The translations under genes were made by a program, and so were the position numbers. Below, piece by piece: positions 52,521-62,092 of a DNA stretch of 64,000 bases; positions within the stretch are counted from its first letter, which is position 1, and each line of letters opens with the position of its first letter. Source of the stretch: an uncultured Chloroflexia bacterium (GTDB lineage: Bacteria; Chloroflexota; Limnocylindria; Limnocylindrales; CSP1-4); NCBI GenBank assembly GCA_963712745.1, contig CAVQJC010000020.1, positions 480,001 through 544,000 on the forward strand, read 5' to 3'. Below the pieces are notes generated by a model. That model did not search any database, was not told where the DNA came from, and saw nothing but the letters and a program-made list of their open reading frames with translations.

Positions 52521-53288
52521 GTGACCGGAGAGCCCCTGTACTCGATCGTGGCCAGCCGGGCGGAGGCCCTGATCGCGTCGGGGGAATGGCAGGAAGGCGA
52601 ACGCCTGCCGCCCGAACGTCAACTGTGCCGCGATTTCGACGTCTCCCGCTCGACGCTGCGCCAGGCGCTCGGTGAGCTGGAGGAGCGCGGCCTTATCAGC
52701 CGCCACCAGGGCCGCGGGACGTACGTCACCCGGCCGCGCCTCCAGCTGCCCATCGTCGGCGTCTTCTCCATCAGGGACGCCATGGGAGCACTGGGCATGG
52801 CCATGACCACGCGGGTGCTCGATGTCCAGACGGTCGAGGCTAGCCGCCAGCTCGCGGCCGACCTGGGCTGCCTGCCCGGCGATGACGTCGTCTTCATCGA
52901 GCGGCTCCGCCTTGGTGACGGGGAGCCGATGGTGCTCGACACGGCCCACCTGCCGGCCGCCCTGTTCCCCGGCCTGGCCAAGGTCGACTTCTCACGACGC
53001 TCCCTCTACGAGGTGCTCGCGACCGACTACGGGCGCACCGTGGCCGAGGCCCAGGAGACACTCGAGCCGGTGATCCTGACGCCGCGCGAGTGCGAGCTGC
53101 TGGGCGTCCCGACCCACACGACCGCGTTGCTCACCCGCCGCGTGACCTTCGACGCACATGGCGTCGTGGTCGCGCTCGGTCATGTGCTCCTGCGCGGCGA
53201 TCGTTCTCGCTACATCTACAAGCGCACTGTGGAGACGGCGCCAGCCGCCCCGACCAGCACCATCCCCCTCACGAGGAGATCCCCTTGA
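52521..53288 (+). CDS. GntR-family regulator (HutC/UTRA subfamily)
   Basis: [27 protein letters not shown] followed by a UTRA domain. Confidence 0.93.
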   Translation: MTGEPLYSIVASRAEALIASGEWQEGERLPPERQLCRDFDVSRSTLRQALGELEERGLISRHQGRGTYVTRPRLQLPIVGVFSIRDAMGALGMAMTTRVLDVQTVEASRQLAADLGCLPGDDVVFIERLRLGDGEPMVLDTAHLPAALFPGLAKVDFSRRSLYEVLATDYGRTVAEAQETLEPVILTPRECELLGVPTHTTALLTRRVTFDAHGVVVALGHVLLRGDRSRYIYKRTVETAPAAPTSTIPLTRRSP

Positions 53289-54103
53289 CCGCTTCCGATC
53301 GCTGGCTGGCCGCCGCCCGAGATGTGCTCGAGCAGGTGACCACTACCCAGACCCAGGCCATCGAGGAGGCCAGCACGATCTTCGCCGACACCATCGCGGG
53401 CGACAGGCTCGTCCACGTCTTCGGCAGCGGCCACTCGCGTATGAACACCGAGGAGATGTTCCCGCGCATCGGCTCCTATCCGGGCTTCCATCCGGTGGCC
53501 GAGCTGGCGCTCTCCAACCACGTTGGCGTGGTCGGGCCCAACGGCCTGCGACAGGCCATGTATCTCGAGAAGGTGCCCGGCTTCGCCCGCATCATCCTGC
53601 AGCAGTTCAAGATCCACCCAGGCGACTCGTTCCTCATCTTCAGTTCGACCGGCATCAACGGCACCGTCATCGAGCTGGCCCTGCTGGTCAAGGCCATGGG
53701 CCTGGCGGTGGTGGCCGTGACATCACTGCAGCACACCAACGCCACGCCCTCGCGGCATCCCTCGGGCAAGAAGCTGGCCCAGATCGCCGACATCACCATC
53801 GACAACTGCAGCCCGCCCGGCGATGCCGTGGCTGAGATCGAGGGGGTTCCCTTCAAGGTGGGCCCGGTCAGCTCCATCGGCGCCATCGCCGTGGTCAATG
53901 CGCTCAAGTCACGCACCGCGGAGCTGATGGTCGAACGCGGCGTCGTGCCGACCGTCCTCACCAGCCCGCACTTCGAGGGCAGTGCCGTCGGTCCGGAGCA
54001 GCTGGAGAAGGTCTACGAGGAGTACTTCCGCCGGGTCAAGCAGGCCTACGACTCCGAGGGCGCCATCCCCGTGCCCGAGTCGTGGGACGGGACCCCGGCG
54101 TGA
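53285..54103 (+). CDS. SIS-domain sugar isomerase-like protein
   Basis: VFGSGHS, SSTGING, IDNCSPPGDA, GPVSS; TTG overlaps the gntR stop. Confidence 0.85.
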   Translation: MTASDRWLAAARDVLEQVTTTQTQAIEEASTIFADTIAGDRLVHVFGSGHSRMNTEEMFPRIGSYPGFHPVAELALSNHVGVVGPNGLRQAMYLEKVPGFARIILQQFKIHPGDSFLIFSSTGINGTVIELALLVKAMGLAVVAVTSLQHTNATPSRHPSGKKLAQIADITIDNCSPPGDAVAEIEGVPFKVGPVSSIGAIAVVNALKSRTAELMVERGVVPTVLTSPHFEGSAVGPEQLEKVYEEYFRRVKQAYDSEGAIPVPESWDGTPA

Positions 54104-55449
54104 CGACCGCGGGACTCCGGATCGACCCGCCGCTGGCGGCCGAGGCCGAGGTGGTGGTGGTCGGCTCCGGCAGCGCCGGCTCCGCCGCTGCCATCGCCGC
54201 CGCGCGCACAGGCGCCAGCGTCCTGCTCATCGAGAAGCAGGGCTTCATGGGCGGCACCAGCACCGCGGTCCTGGACACGTTCTACGGCTTCTACACGCCC
54301 GGCAGCGGCTCGCTCAAGGTCGCCGGTGGCGTCTCCGATGAGGTGGTGGCCGGACTGCGCGCGCTGGGCCCGGTCGTGGTCCGGCCCAACACCTACGGTG
54401 CCGGCACCGGAGTCACCTACAACAGCGAGCACCTCAAGCTGGTGTGGGAGCGCCTCGCCACCGAAGCCGGGGTACGTGTGCTGCTGCACGGCTTCCTGCA
54501 GGACGCCATCACCCGCGACGGCCGGGTCACCGAGCTGCTGGTGGCCACCAAGGCCGGGCTCGTGCGCATCGGCGGTCGCGTGTTCGTGGATGCCAGTGGC
54601 GACGCCGACCTGGCCCACCATGCCGGCTTCGGCTATGAACTGGCGGGTACCCAGGAGCCGGCCCAAACGCTGACGACGACCTTCAAGATGGTCAACGTCG
54701 ACATCGCGGCGCGCAAGCTCATCAGTACTGCCGAGATGCACGACCTGATGGGCGAGGCTGCTGATTCGGGCGAGTACGACCTGCCCCGCCGTGAGGGCTC
54801 GGACCACGTCACGCCCATCGAGGGCGTGGTGGCCACGATCATGACGCGCCTGCCCTCGTACCGCGAGGGGGACGGTGGAGTGGTCAACGCCACCGATCCC
54901 GAACTGCTGGCCGAGGCCGAGATCCGCGGCCGCCGCCAGGCGCTCGAGTACGCCCGCTTCCTGCAGCACAAGGTGCCCGGCTACCAGGACGCGTCACTGG
55001 TGGCGCTCTCGACGCAGATCGGCGTGCGCGAGACCCGCCGCGTCTACGGGGACTACCGACTGACCCGTGAGGATGTCCTCGGCGCACGCCGCTTCGACGA
55101 CGAGGTCGGCCTCTGCGGAGCGCCCATCGAGGACCACCACTCCGGCGCCGACACGAAGTGGCAGTACCTGCCCGATGGCGAGGTCGTGGGCATCCCCTAC
55201 CGCACGCTGATCGTTCGCGACTCGGCCAACACCCTCGTCGCCGGCCGCTGCTTCAGCGCCACCCACGACGCCCACGCCTCGGTACGCTCGATGGCCCAGA
55301 CGATGGCCATGGGCCAGGCTGCCGGCACGGCGGCTGCGCAGGCGGTGGCGGCCGGACTCGATCCGCGGGATGTCGACGTGACCGTGCTGCGCGAGCGGCT
55401 GCGGTCCGATGGTGCCGTCCTCGACGTGTCCGCCCAGGCCGGTGTCTGA
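54100..55449 (+). CDS. FAD-dependent oxidoreductase (FAD_oxidored family)
   Basis: VVGSGSAG, DASGDAD, GVRETRR, IPYRTL, AGRCFS, MAMGQAAG. Confidence 0.88.
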   Translation: MTTAGLRIDPPLAAEAEVVVVGSGSAGSAAAIAAARTGASVLLIEKQGFMGGTSTAVLDTFYGFYTPGSGSLKVAGGVSDEVVAGLRALGPVVVRPNTYGAGTGVTYNSEHLKLVWERLATEAGVRVLLHGFLQDAITRDGRVTELLVATKAGLVRIGGRVFVDASGDADLAHHAGFGYELAGTQEPAQTLTTTFKMVNVDIAARKLISTAEMHDLMGEAADSGEYDLPRREGSDHVTPIEGVVATIMTRLPSYREGDGGVVNATDPELLAEAEIRGRRQALEYARFLQHKVPGYQDASLVALSTQIGVRETRRVYGDYRLTREDVLGARRFDDEVGLCGAPIEDHHSGADTKWQYLPDGEVVGIPYRTLIVRDSANTLVAGRCFSATHDAHASVRSMAQTMAMGQAAGTAAAQAVAAGLDPRDVDVTVLRERLRSDGAVLDVSAQAGV

Positions 55450-55465
55450 GGGGTATCGTCGGACC

Positions 55466-56464
55466 ATGGATGAGCGCACCCGGGCGAGCGGCCGCTGGTG
55501 GCTTGGTTTCGACATCGGCGGCACCCGCACCAAGGCCGGCATCGTCAACGACGCGGGCAGGGTGACCGACGCCCACCTCGAGGAGACCGGGCATCGCCAC
55601 TTCGACTACGTCTGGGAGCGCATGCTGGCCTACGCCGACAAGGCCATCGAGTCGGAGGGGCCGAACCTGGCCGGTGTGGGCATCGCCGCCCCCGGCCTGG
55701 TGGAGCCCTCCTTCGGGGTGCGCAACCTGCCGGGCAAGGTCCCGGGCATCGAGGACTTCCCCATGCGCGAGCGGCTCGCAGCGCACCTCGACGTCCCCGT
55801 GCGCTGCGTCAACGACGGCGCTGCGGCCACCCTCGCGGAGTGGGCCTTCGGCGTGGCCCAGGGCTACGACGACGTGGTGGGCCTGACCATCGGCACCGGC
55901 ATCGGCGTGGGTGTCATCATCGGCGGCCGGCCATTGGCCACCAAGAACCTCGCCGGTGGTGTCTCGTTCGGCCACGCCACCATCACCACCGGCGGCCGTA
56001 CCTGCCTCTGCGGCAATATCGGCTGTGCCGAGACGCTGGTCTCGGCCAACGCCGTGGTCGGTCGCATGCGCGACTACGTCGCGCGCAAGGTGCCCTCCAC
56101 CATCACCGAGGCCTACGAGCACGACCCCGGCGCCATCACCTTCCGCACCCTGGTGGAGGGTGTCGATGCCGGCGACCGCGTGGCCAAGGAGATCATGCAG
56201 CAGTACACGCGTGATCTGGGCGCCACCATCGTCACCGCTATCCATGCCTACGACCCCGAGGTCGTCGTCCTCGCTGGCGGGCCCATGGGCCAGGCCGACC
56301 ACTTCGTGCCCCAGGTCCAGGCCTATGTCGACCGCTATGCCTTCCGTTACCCCAAGGAACGCGTCATCCCCATCCTTCGCGCCGAGCGCTCCGACCATGC
56401 CGGGGTCCTCGGTGCCGTCGCCCGTGTCATGCAGTCGGTCGCCGACCACGCCCCCGCGAGGTGA
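55466..56464 (+). CDS. ROK-family sugar kinase
   Basis: DIGGT, ND, GTGIG, GH..CLCGNIGCAE Zn motif; no HTH. Confidence 0.9.
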   Translation: MDERTRASGRWWLGFDIGGTRTKAGIVNDAGRVTDAHLEETGHRHFDYVWERMLAYADKAIESEGPNLAGVGIAAPGLVEPSFGVRNLPGKVPGIEDFPMRERLAAHLDVPVRCVNDGAAATLAEWAFGVAQGYDDVVGLTIGTGIGVGVIIGGRPLATKNLAGGVSFGHATITTGGRTCLCGNIGCAETLVSANAVVGRMRDYVARKVPSTITEAYEHDPGAITFRTLVEGVDAGDRVAKEIMQQYTRDLGATIVTAIHAYDPEVVVLAGGPMGQADHFVPQVQAYVDRYAFRYPKERVIPILRAERSDHAGVLGAVARVMQSVADHAPAR

Positions 56465-56498
56465 CCGCCGTCCTCACCCCTAGCCGATAGGAGGCACC

Positions 56499-57458
56499 AT
56501 GCCCTTTGCCCGCACCGTCCTCGGCGACATCGCACCCGAGGAACTCGGCATCGTCTACGCCCATGAGCACCTCGTCATCCACGGGGGGCGCCCTGTCCAG
56601 TTGTTCCCGGACTTCGAGCTGGCCGACGTGGGCAAGGCCGTGGCCGAGCTTGCTCCCGCGCAGGACCTGGGCTTGCGCACGGTCGTCGACGCCATGCCCG
56701 CCGACTGCGGTCGCGACGTGCTCATGCTGGCCCAGATCGCCCGACAAAGCGGGGTCAACGTCATCGCGCCGTCCGGCCTCCATCACGAGCGCTACTACCA
56801 CGACCGCCACTGGTCGGTGCGCCTGGGCGCCGAGGAGATCGCCGACCTCTTCGTGGCCGACATCGAGGACGGCATCGACGAGCTCGACTACAACGGACCC
56901 ATCGTCAAGCGCACCGAGCACAGGGCCGGCGTGATGAAGGTCGCCGGCTCCACCGACGGCCCGTCGGCACGCGACGAGAAGGTCTTCGCCGCTGCCGCCA
57001 TGGCCCAGCGCCGCACGGGTTGCCCCATCCTGACCCACTGCGAGGGCGGCACCGGTGCGCTCGAGCAGGTGGAGCTGCTGGTCAGGCACGGCAGCGACCC
57101 GGCGCACATCGTCCTCTCCCACGTCGACAAGGTGGTCGACCGTGGATACATGCGCGAGATCGCCGCCACCGGTGCCCGCGTCGAATACGACCAGGGCTTC
57201 CGCTGGGGGGAGGCCGAGAACGGCACCCTGCAGTTGCTCGAGTGGGCGGCTGAAGACGGCCTGCTCGGCCACATCACGCTGGGGCTCGATGCGGCCCGAC
57301 AGGGGTATTGGATCCAGTTCGGGGGCGCGCCCGGCTGGACCTACCTGCTGGGGGAGTTCGCCGGTCTCATGCGTGAGCGCGGGCTCGGCGACGCCGAGCT
57401 GCATAGCCTGTTCGTCGAGGCACCGGGAGGTGCCTACACCTTCGGAGAGCCAGCATGA
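56499..57458 (+). CDS. Phosphotriesterase-like lactonase/amidohydrolase
   Basis: HEH, MKV, TH, SH and GLD metal ligands of the PTE family. Confidence 0.88.
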   Translation: MPFARTVLGDIAPEELGIVYAHEHLVIHGGRPVQLFPDFELADVGKAVAELAPAQDLGLRTVVDAMPADCGRDVLMLAQIARQSGVNVIAPSGLHHERYYHDRHWSVRLGAEEIADLFVADIEDGIDELDYNGPIVKRTEHRAGVMKVAGSTDGPSARDEKVFAAAAMAQRRTGCPILTHCEGGTGALEQVELLVRHGSDPAHIVLSHVDKVVDRGYMREIAATGARVEYDQGFRWGEAENGTLQLLEWAAEDGLLGHITLGLDAARQGYWIQFGGAPGWTYLLGEFAGLMRERGLGDAELHSLFVEAPGGAYTFGEPA

Positions 57459-58615
57459 CACCGCGTGAACGGATCCTGGCCGCGCTCGACCACCGCGAGT
57501 CCGACCGCATCCCCATCGACATGGGCAGCTCCATCGTGACCTCCATCACCCGGGCTGCCTATGAACCTCTGCGCGAGTACCTGGGCTTGCCGGCCGAGGA
57601 GGTCGTCGTCTACGACGAGGTGCAGCAGCTGCCCTACGTGGGTGAGGATGTGCTCACCCGTTTCGGCGTCGACACGCGCATGGTCCAGCTGCCGCCCACG
57701 CACGTGAAGGGCGTGGAGATCGTGGACGAGGGCGACTACTGGGCGATGTGGGATCGCTGGGGCGCGAAGATGCGCATGCCCAAGGACAAGCCCCTCTACT
57801 ACGACTGGGTCGAGTTCCCCATCAACGACATGGAGCTCTCCACGCTGGAGTCCTACCGGTGGCCCGAGCCCGACCCGCCCGAGCTCATCGCCGACCTTGG
57901 CACCAGGGCCCAGGAGCTGCGCGCGACGACCGACTACGCCCTGATCGGCTCGGGCGTCATCGGGGGCGGCATCTTCGAGCAGTCCTGCCGGGTCATGGGC
58001 ATGGAGCCGTTCATGATGTCGATGCTCATGGAGCCGCCATTCGCGAACAAGCTGGCCGATCGCATCACCGATATCTACATCGAGTCGGTCGACCGCTATC
58101 TCGGCCAGGTGGGCGAGCTCATCGACGTCTTCACCTTCTGGGACGACGTGGCCACGCAGCAGGGCTGGATGATCAATCCCGACTCCTACGTCGAGGTCAT
58201 CAAGCCGCGTCAGAAGCGCCTCTTCGCTGCTATCAAGGAGCGCACCGAGGCCAAGATCTTCTATCACGGCTGCGGCGCGGTCTACGAGCTCATCCCGCAC
58301 CTCATCGAGATCGGGGTGGACATCATCAACCCGGTGCAGGTCAGCGCCGAGGGCATGGACTCCGCCCGCTTGAAGAAGGCCTACGGGGACGACATCGTCT
58401 TCTGGGGCGGCGGCGTGGACACGCAGAAGGTGCTGCCCTTCGGCACGCCGCAGGAAGTGCGTGACGAGGTCAAGCGCCGCATCGACGACTTCGCCCCCGG
58501 TGGCGGTTTCGTCTTCGCCACCGTGCACAACATCCAGGCCTACGTGCCGCCGCAGAACATCGAGGCTGCCTTCGACACGGCCCTGACCTACGGTGCCAGT
58601 CCCGCCGCGGTCTAG
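57455..58615 (+). CDS. UroD/MtaA-CmuA superfamily protein
   Basis: MTPRER..DRIP, DDVATQ, HGCG, NPVQ, GGFVFATVHNIQ. Confidence 0.88.
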   Translation: MTPRERILAALDHRESDRIPIDMGSSIVTSITRAAYEPLREYLGLPAEEVVVYDEVQQLPYVGEDVLTRFGVDTRMVQLPPTHVKGVEIVDEGDYWAMWDRWGAKMRMPKDKPLYYDWVEFPINDMELSTLESYRWPEPDPPELIADLGTRAQELRATTDYALIGSGVIGGGIFEQSCRVMGMEPFMMSMLMEPPFANKLADRITDIYIESVDRYLGQVGELIDVFTFWDDVATQQGWMINPDSYVEVIKPRQKRLFAAIKERTEAKIFYHGCGAVYELIPHLIEIGVDIINPVQVSAEGMDSARLKKAYGDDIVFWGGGVDTQKVLPFGTPQEVRDEVKRRIDDFAPGGGFVFATVHNIQAYVPPQNIEAAFDTALTYGASPAAV

Positions 58616-59910
58616 ATCCCGAAGACAGACCTCGTCAGCTCCACCCAGCGGGCGAGCCGGGTGCGGTCACCGGCTACGTCGTAGACGTCGCGGAACAGCA
58701 GCTCGACGTTGCAGTCGTGCGCCTTGGCCGCCTCGTACGTCCGACGCAGGTCCGCCTCCGCGCGATCCCAGTGCGCAGATGGTCCGCTGATGGGCACCGG
58801 GTCGGGCTTGCGGCTGAAGACGTAGCGGTCACCCAGCCTCTCCGCCATGACGTCGAAGTCGGCCCAGGGCGTGACCGACACCGAGCGCAAGTTGGGCATG
58901 GCCTCGATGATCAGCTCGAGGCGGTCGGTGTTGGGCTCGCAGCAGCCGTAGTAGACGAGGCCGAAGCGGTCGGTCACGCGCTTCAGATAGGGCAGCACGA
59001 ACTCGGCGAACATGGCCGGGCTGATGGGCGCGGATTCCTGCGATTCAGCCCAGCACCAGAGGTCGCCGAGCGTTCCCGGCGCCTCATCGGGCGAGGGCAG
59101 GTCGGAGCAGTAGCCGTAGGCCCGCGGTCCCGCCAGCATGTTGTCGGTGTTGGGCACGATCAGTCCCTCCGCCTCGAGCAGACCGAACTGACGCTCGCGG
59201 TCGGCGACCATGTACTCCATCAGCGCATGGATGGTCTCGGGCGACTCGTAGACCCATGACAGCAGTCCGTCGTTGCCGATGAAGCGGTAGATCTGCCAGG
59301 TCAGTCCGATGAAGTAGTTGCCGGCCCAGGACTCGGCCCCTTCGTCGGTCATGAAGTGGTCATAGTTGCCGACCTTCACCGCCAGGATGTCGCCGAATGT
59401 ATCCTCCAGCAGCTGCTGCTTGCCCAGCGTGCCCTCCCGGTCCAGGCTGAACTGCCGTGGCCGAAGGCGTTCCACGTCCGCCGGCGTCTTGATGGGGAAG
59501 TTGAAGGTGTAGCCGATGGCCGAGCCGTCGGCCGCCGCGGGTCCCGGGATCTGGATGACATCCACGCCCCAGCCTGTGGCGCGGACTTCCCAGCCGAGGC
59601 GGTAGTAGGGCTCGAAGACGATGTCGTCGCCGACCTCATCGAAATGGTGGATGTGCTCGAGCATCGTGGCCTCGACCGCGCGCAGCACCGGGTGCTCGCA
59701 GCGCAGCTCGTCGCCGCGCACGTACCGGTCCACCGTGCCCACCTCGAAGAGCACCATCGGCCGCTCAGGCCGCAGATCGTGCAGCGCCCGCCACTGCCGC
59801 TTGCGCTCCTCCATGACCGGCAGCGCTGCGATCTCCGCCCAGCGGCTGGCCAATGCGCGGATGGTCTCGCGGTCGGCCGCCGTCGGAACCGACTCGGTCG
59901 TGGATAGCAT
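58612..59910 (-). CDS. UroD-like TIM-barrel protein of unknown function
   Basis: ESQE..ISPAMFAEFVLPY, YGCCEP, SVTPW, SRKP motifs. Confidence 0.75.
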   Translation of the reverse strand: MLSTTESVPTAADRETIRALASRWAEIAALPVMEERKRQWRALHDLRPERPMVLFEVGTVDRYVRGDELRCEHPVLRAVEATMLEHIHHFDEVGDDIVFEPYYRLGWEVRATGWGVDVIQIPGPAAADGSAIGYTFNFPIKTPADVERLRPRQFSLDREGTLGKQQLLEDTFGDILAVKVGNYDHFMTDEGAESWAGNYFIGLTWQIYRFIGNDGLLSWVYESPETIHALMEYMVADRERQFGLLEAEGLIVPNTDNMLAGPRAYGYCSDLPSPDEAPGTLGDLWCWAESQESAPISPAMFAEFVLPYLKRVTDRFGLVYYGCCEPNTDRLELIIEAMPNLRSVSVTPWADFDVMAERLGDRYVFSRKPDPVPISGPSAHWDRAEADLRRTYEAAKAHDCNVELLFRDVYDVAGDRTRLARWVELTRSVFGI

Positions 59911-60172
59911 GCGTTCCCTTCCCAGGTGATCTCGGGCCGTTGGCCGACCGATGACGCCAGGGTCGGTCGGGGCTGCCGGCAGGAAACACGGTACATCGTA
60001 GGCGTACCCGACCGTCGATCGTGAGATCGTACCCGCGCACCCGATCGCATCGGCTCGCCAGACGAGGCCGGCACAGTCTGAGCAAGCCTCGGCCTGAGCG
60101 GGCGCGGTCTGAGTCTCAGCGGCCCAGCGTGGGCGGCTACTCTCGAAGGGTGATCGCGACGCGAGGCCGAAC

Positions 60173-61156
60173 TTGACCCGCGCCTACCTGCTGCTCATCG
60201 GCCTGGTGGTCGTCTGGGGCAGCCACTGGGTCGTGGTCAAGGTCGGGTTGGAGACGATCCCACCCTTCACCTACGGCGTGCTGCGCCTCGTGGGCGGCAT
60301 GGTCGTGCTGGCGGCGCTCATGGCCGCGACCGGCCGACTCAGGCGGCCCGAGCGGCTCGACTGGCCCATCATCGTCTCCTACGGCTTGCTGGCGGTGGCG
60401 CTAGGGATCGCCATGATGAACCTGGCCCTGCCGCACATCCCGGCCGGCCGCTCCTCGATCCTGGCCTACACCATCCCGCTGTGGGTGGTTCCGGTCATGC
60501 TGGTCGTGGCTCGCGTGCTGCCCACCCGCGCGGAGCTGCTCGGCCTCGGGCTGGGCCTTCTCGGACTCGTGCTCTTGCTCAACCCCGTGGCCATCGACTG
60601 GGGCGGAGAGGGGGCACTGTTGGGCAGCCTGCTCTTGGTGGTCGGCGCGATGGGTGCGGCGGTGGCCCTCGTCCACGTGCGCATGCACCCCTGGAAGGGC
60701 ACGCCCTTCGACACGCAGATCTGGCAGCTGCTGGTGGCGCTGGTGCCCATGATCGTCCTCTGGCTTGTCCTGGAACGCGACAGAATCGGCCAGATCAGCT
60801 GGGATCTGCCTACCGCCCTGGCGGTCCTCTACTCGGGTCCGCTGGCGACGGCATTCGCCTTCTGGGCCTCGCAGATGATCGTCCGGGCACTGGGGCCGCT
60901 GACCACCGGCATCGGCTACCTGGGGGCGCCGGTGGTGGGCGTCATCGCCGGCATCATCGTGCTCGGTGAGGTCATCAGCCCCCTCGACATCGCCGGCGTG
61001 CTCGCAACCGGCGCCGGCATCGTCGTGGTGCTCCTGGCTCAGCGTGCCGCGGCGGCGTCACGCGGGGCGGACGACGACGATGCTGGCGGCCCGGCGGTGG
61101 AGGTCATGCTGCCCGACGGTGCCGAGCTGCCCGAGTTGCCCCGGCGAGGCTCGTGA
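60173..61156 (+). CDS. DMT/EamA-family transporter
   Basis: VWGSHW, two EamA repeats, about 10 TM segments. Confidence 0.88.
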   Translation: MTRAYLLLIGLVVVWGSHWVVVKVGLETIPPFTYGVLRLVGGMVVLAALMAATGRLRRPERLDWPIIVSYGLLAVALGIAMMNLALPHIPAGRSSILAYTIPLWVVPVMLVVARVLPTRAELLGLGLGLLGLVLLLNPVAIDWGGEGALLGSLLLVVGAMGAAVALVHVRMHPWKGTPFDTQIWQLLVALVPMIVLWLVLERDRIGQISWDLPTALAVLYSGPLATAFAFWASQMIVRALGPLTTGIGYLGAPVVGVIAGIIVLGEVISPLDIAGVLATGAGIVVVLLAQRAAAASRGADDDDAGGPAVEVMLPDGAELPELPRRGS

Positions 61157-61166
61157 GTGGTCGCAA

Positions 61167-61874
61167 CTAGTACAGCAGCTCGAGGCGGGCCGCGCCCCAG
61201 AGGACGTGCCAGAGCAGGTAGTAGCACACGCGGAGCCAGAGCATGGGCAGGTAGCCGTAGCGTCGTAGCAGAAGCAGCTGCACGATGCCGAAGAGGTACA
61301 CGTGCGGCATGACGAAGGCCGGCAAGGACGAGCCCAGGGCCAGCTGGGCTAGCGGCTCGACCGCCGCCGTGGAAAGGACGAGCGCCCATACCCGGCGGTC
61401 AAGAGCGCGGCCCCTGAAGCGTGCGCCAGAGACCCAGGTGAGGCCGGCCAGCGGCAGCAGGTGGAAGGCGGCCTCGGCGACGAGCGCTATGGTCGGGTAG
61501 AACAGCCAGGCATCGGGCCAGGCCACATTGACGTCTGGCGGGAAGCCGACGGCAACGTCAACAGCCATCGCGACCGCGGCGAACGGCAGCGTGGCCAGCG
61601 TCGCGATGGCCAGGCCACGAACGGTTCGCGAGCGGCACGCTGCCCGCCAGAAACCGCGCCCTTCGAGCAGCCACAGCGCGCCGGCTCCGAGGGCACCGGC
61701 AGCGACGACGGTGAGCGTCGGCGGCAGCGGCCCGATGAACCGCTCGAAGTCAGCGGGAGCCCGGGCCTGCAGTGCCGCGGCGGCGACGGTGGCCGCCCCT
61801 GTCGCGGCCATCCAGGGAACGTAGGCCCGAAGCCTGTCCAGTCGGCGCAGCTCTGCGATCGATTTCCGCGGCAT
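61167..61874 (-). CDS. Hypothetical integral membrane protein (loosely CPBP/Abi-like)
   Basis: Several hydrophobic segments; AEAAFH, EP, HVYLFG and YYLLWH motifs; AGGGGA RBS before ATG 61874. Confidence 0.65.
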   Translation of the reverse strand: MPRKSIAELRRLDRLRAYVPWMAATGAATVAAAALQARAPADFERFIGPLPPTLTVVAAGALGAGALWLLEGRGFWRAACRSRTVRGLAIATLATLPFAAVAMAVDVAVGFPPDVNVAWPDAWLFYPTIALVAEAAFHLLPLAGLTWVSGARFRGRALDRRVWALVLSTAAVEPLAQLALGSSLPAFVMPHVYLFGIVQLLLLRRYGYLPMLWLRVCYYLLWHVLWGAARLELLY

Positions 61875-61935
61875 GGATCCCCTGACCCAGATGCTAGCAG
61901 CGGCTGGACGGGCGCTCCGGGGCCTCGAGACCGTG

Positions 61936-62010
61936 GCGGCCCAGCGGCCCGGCGGCCCAGCGGCCCAGCGGCCACCGGCGGCCCAGCGGCCCGGCGGCCC
62001 GGCGGCCACC
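61936..62010. repeat. Short tandem repeat (GGCCC[A/G]GC)n, about 9 units
   Basis: Read directly from the intergenic sequence. Confidence 0.85.
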
Positions 62011-62092
62011 CCCGGGCGGCCCCCGTCCGGCAGTCCTTCGGCACTGGTGCCACGCGGCCCTGTTGCCCGAGCCTTGGAACACGGGAGGGGCC

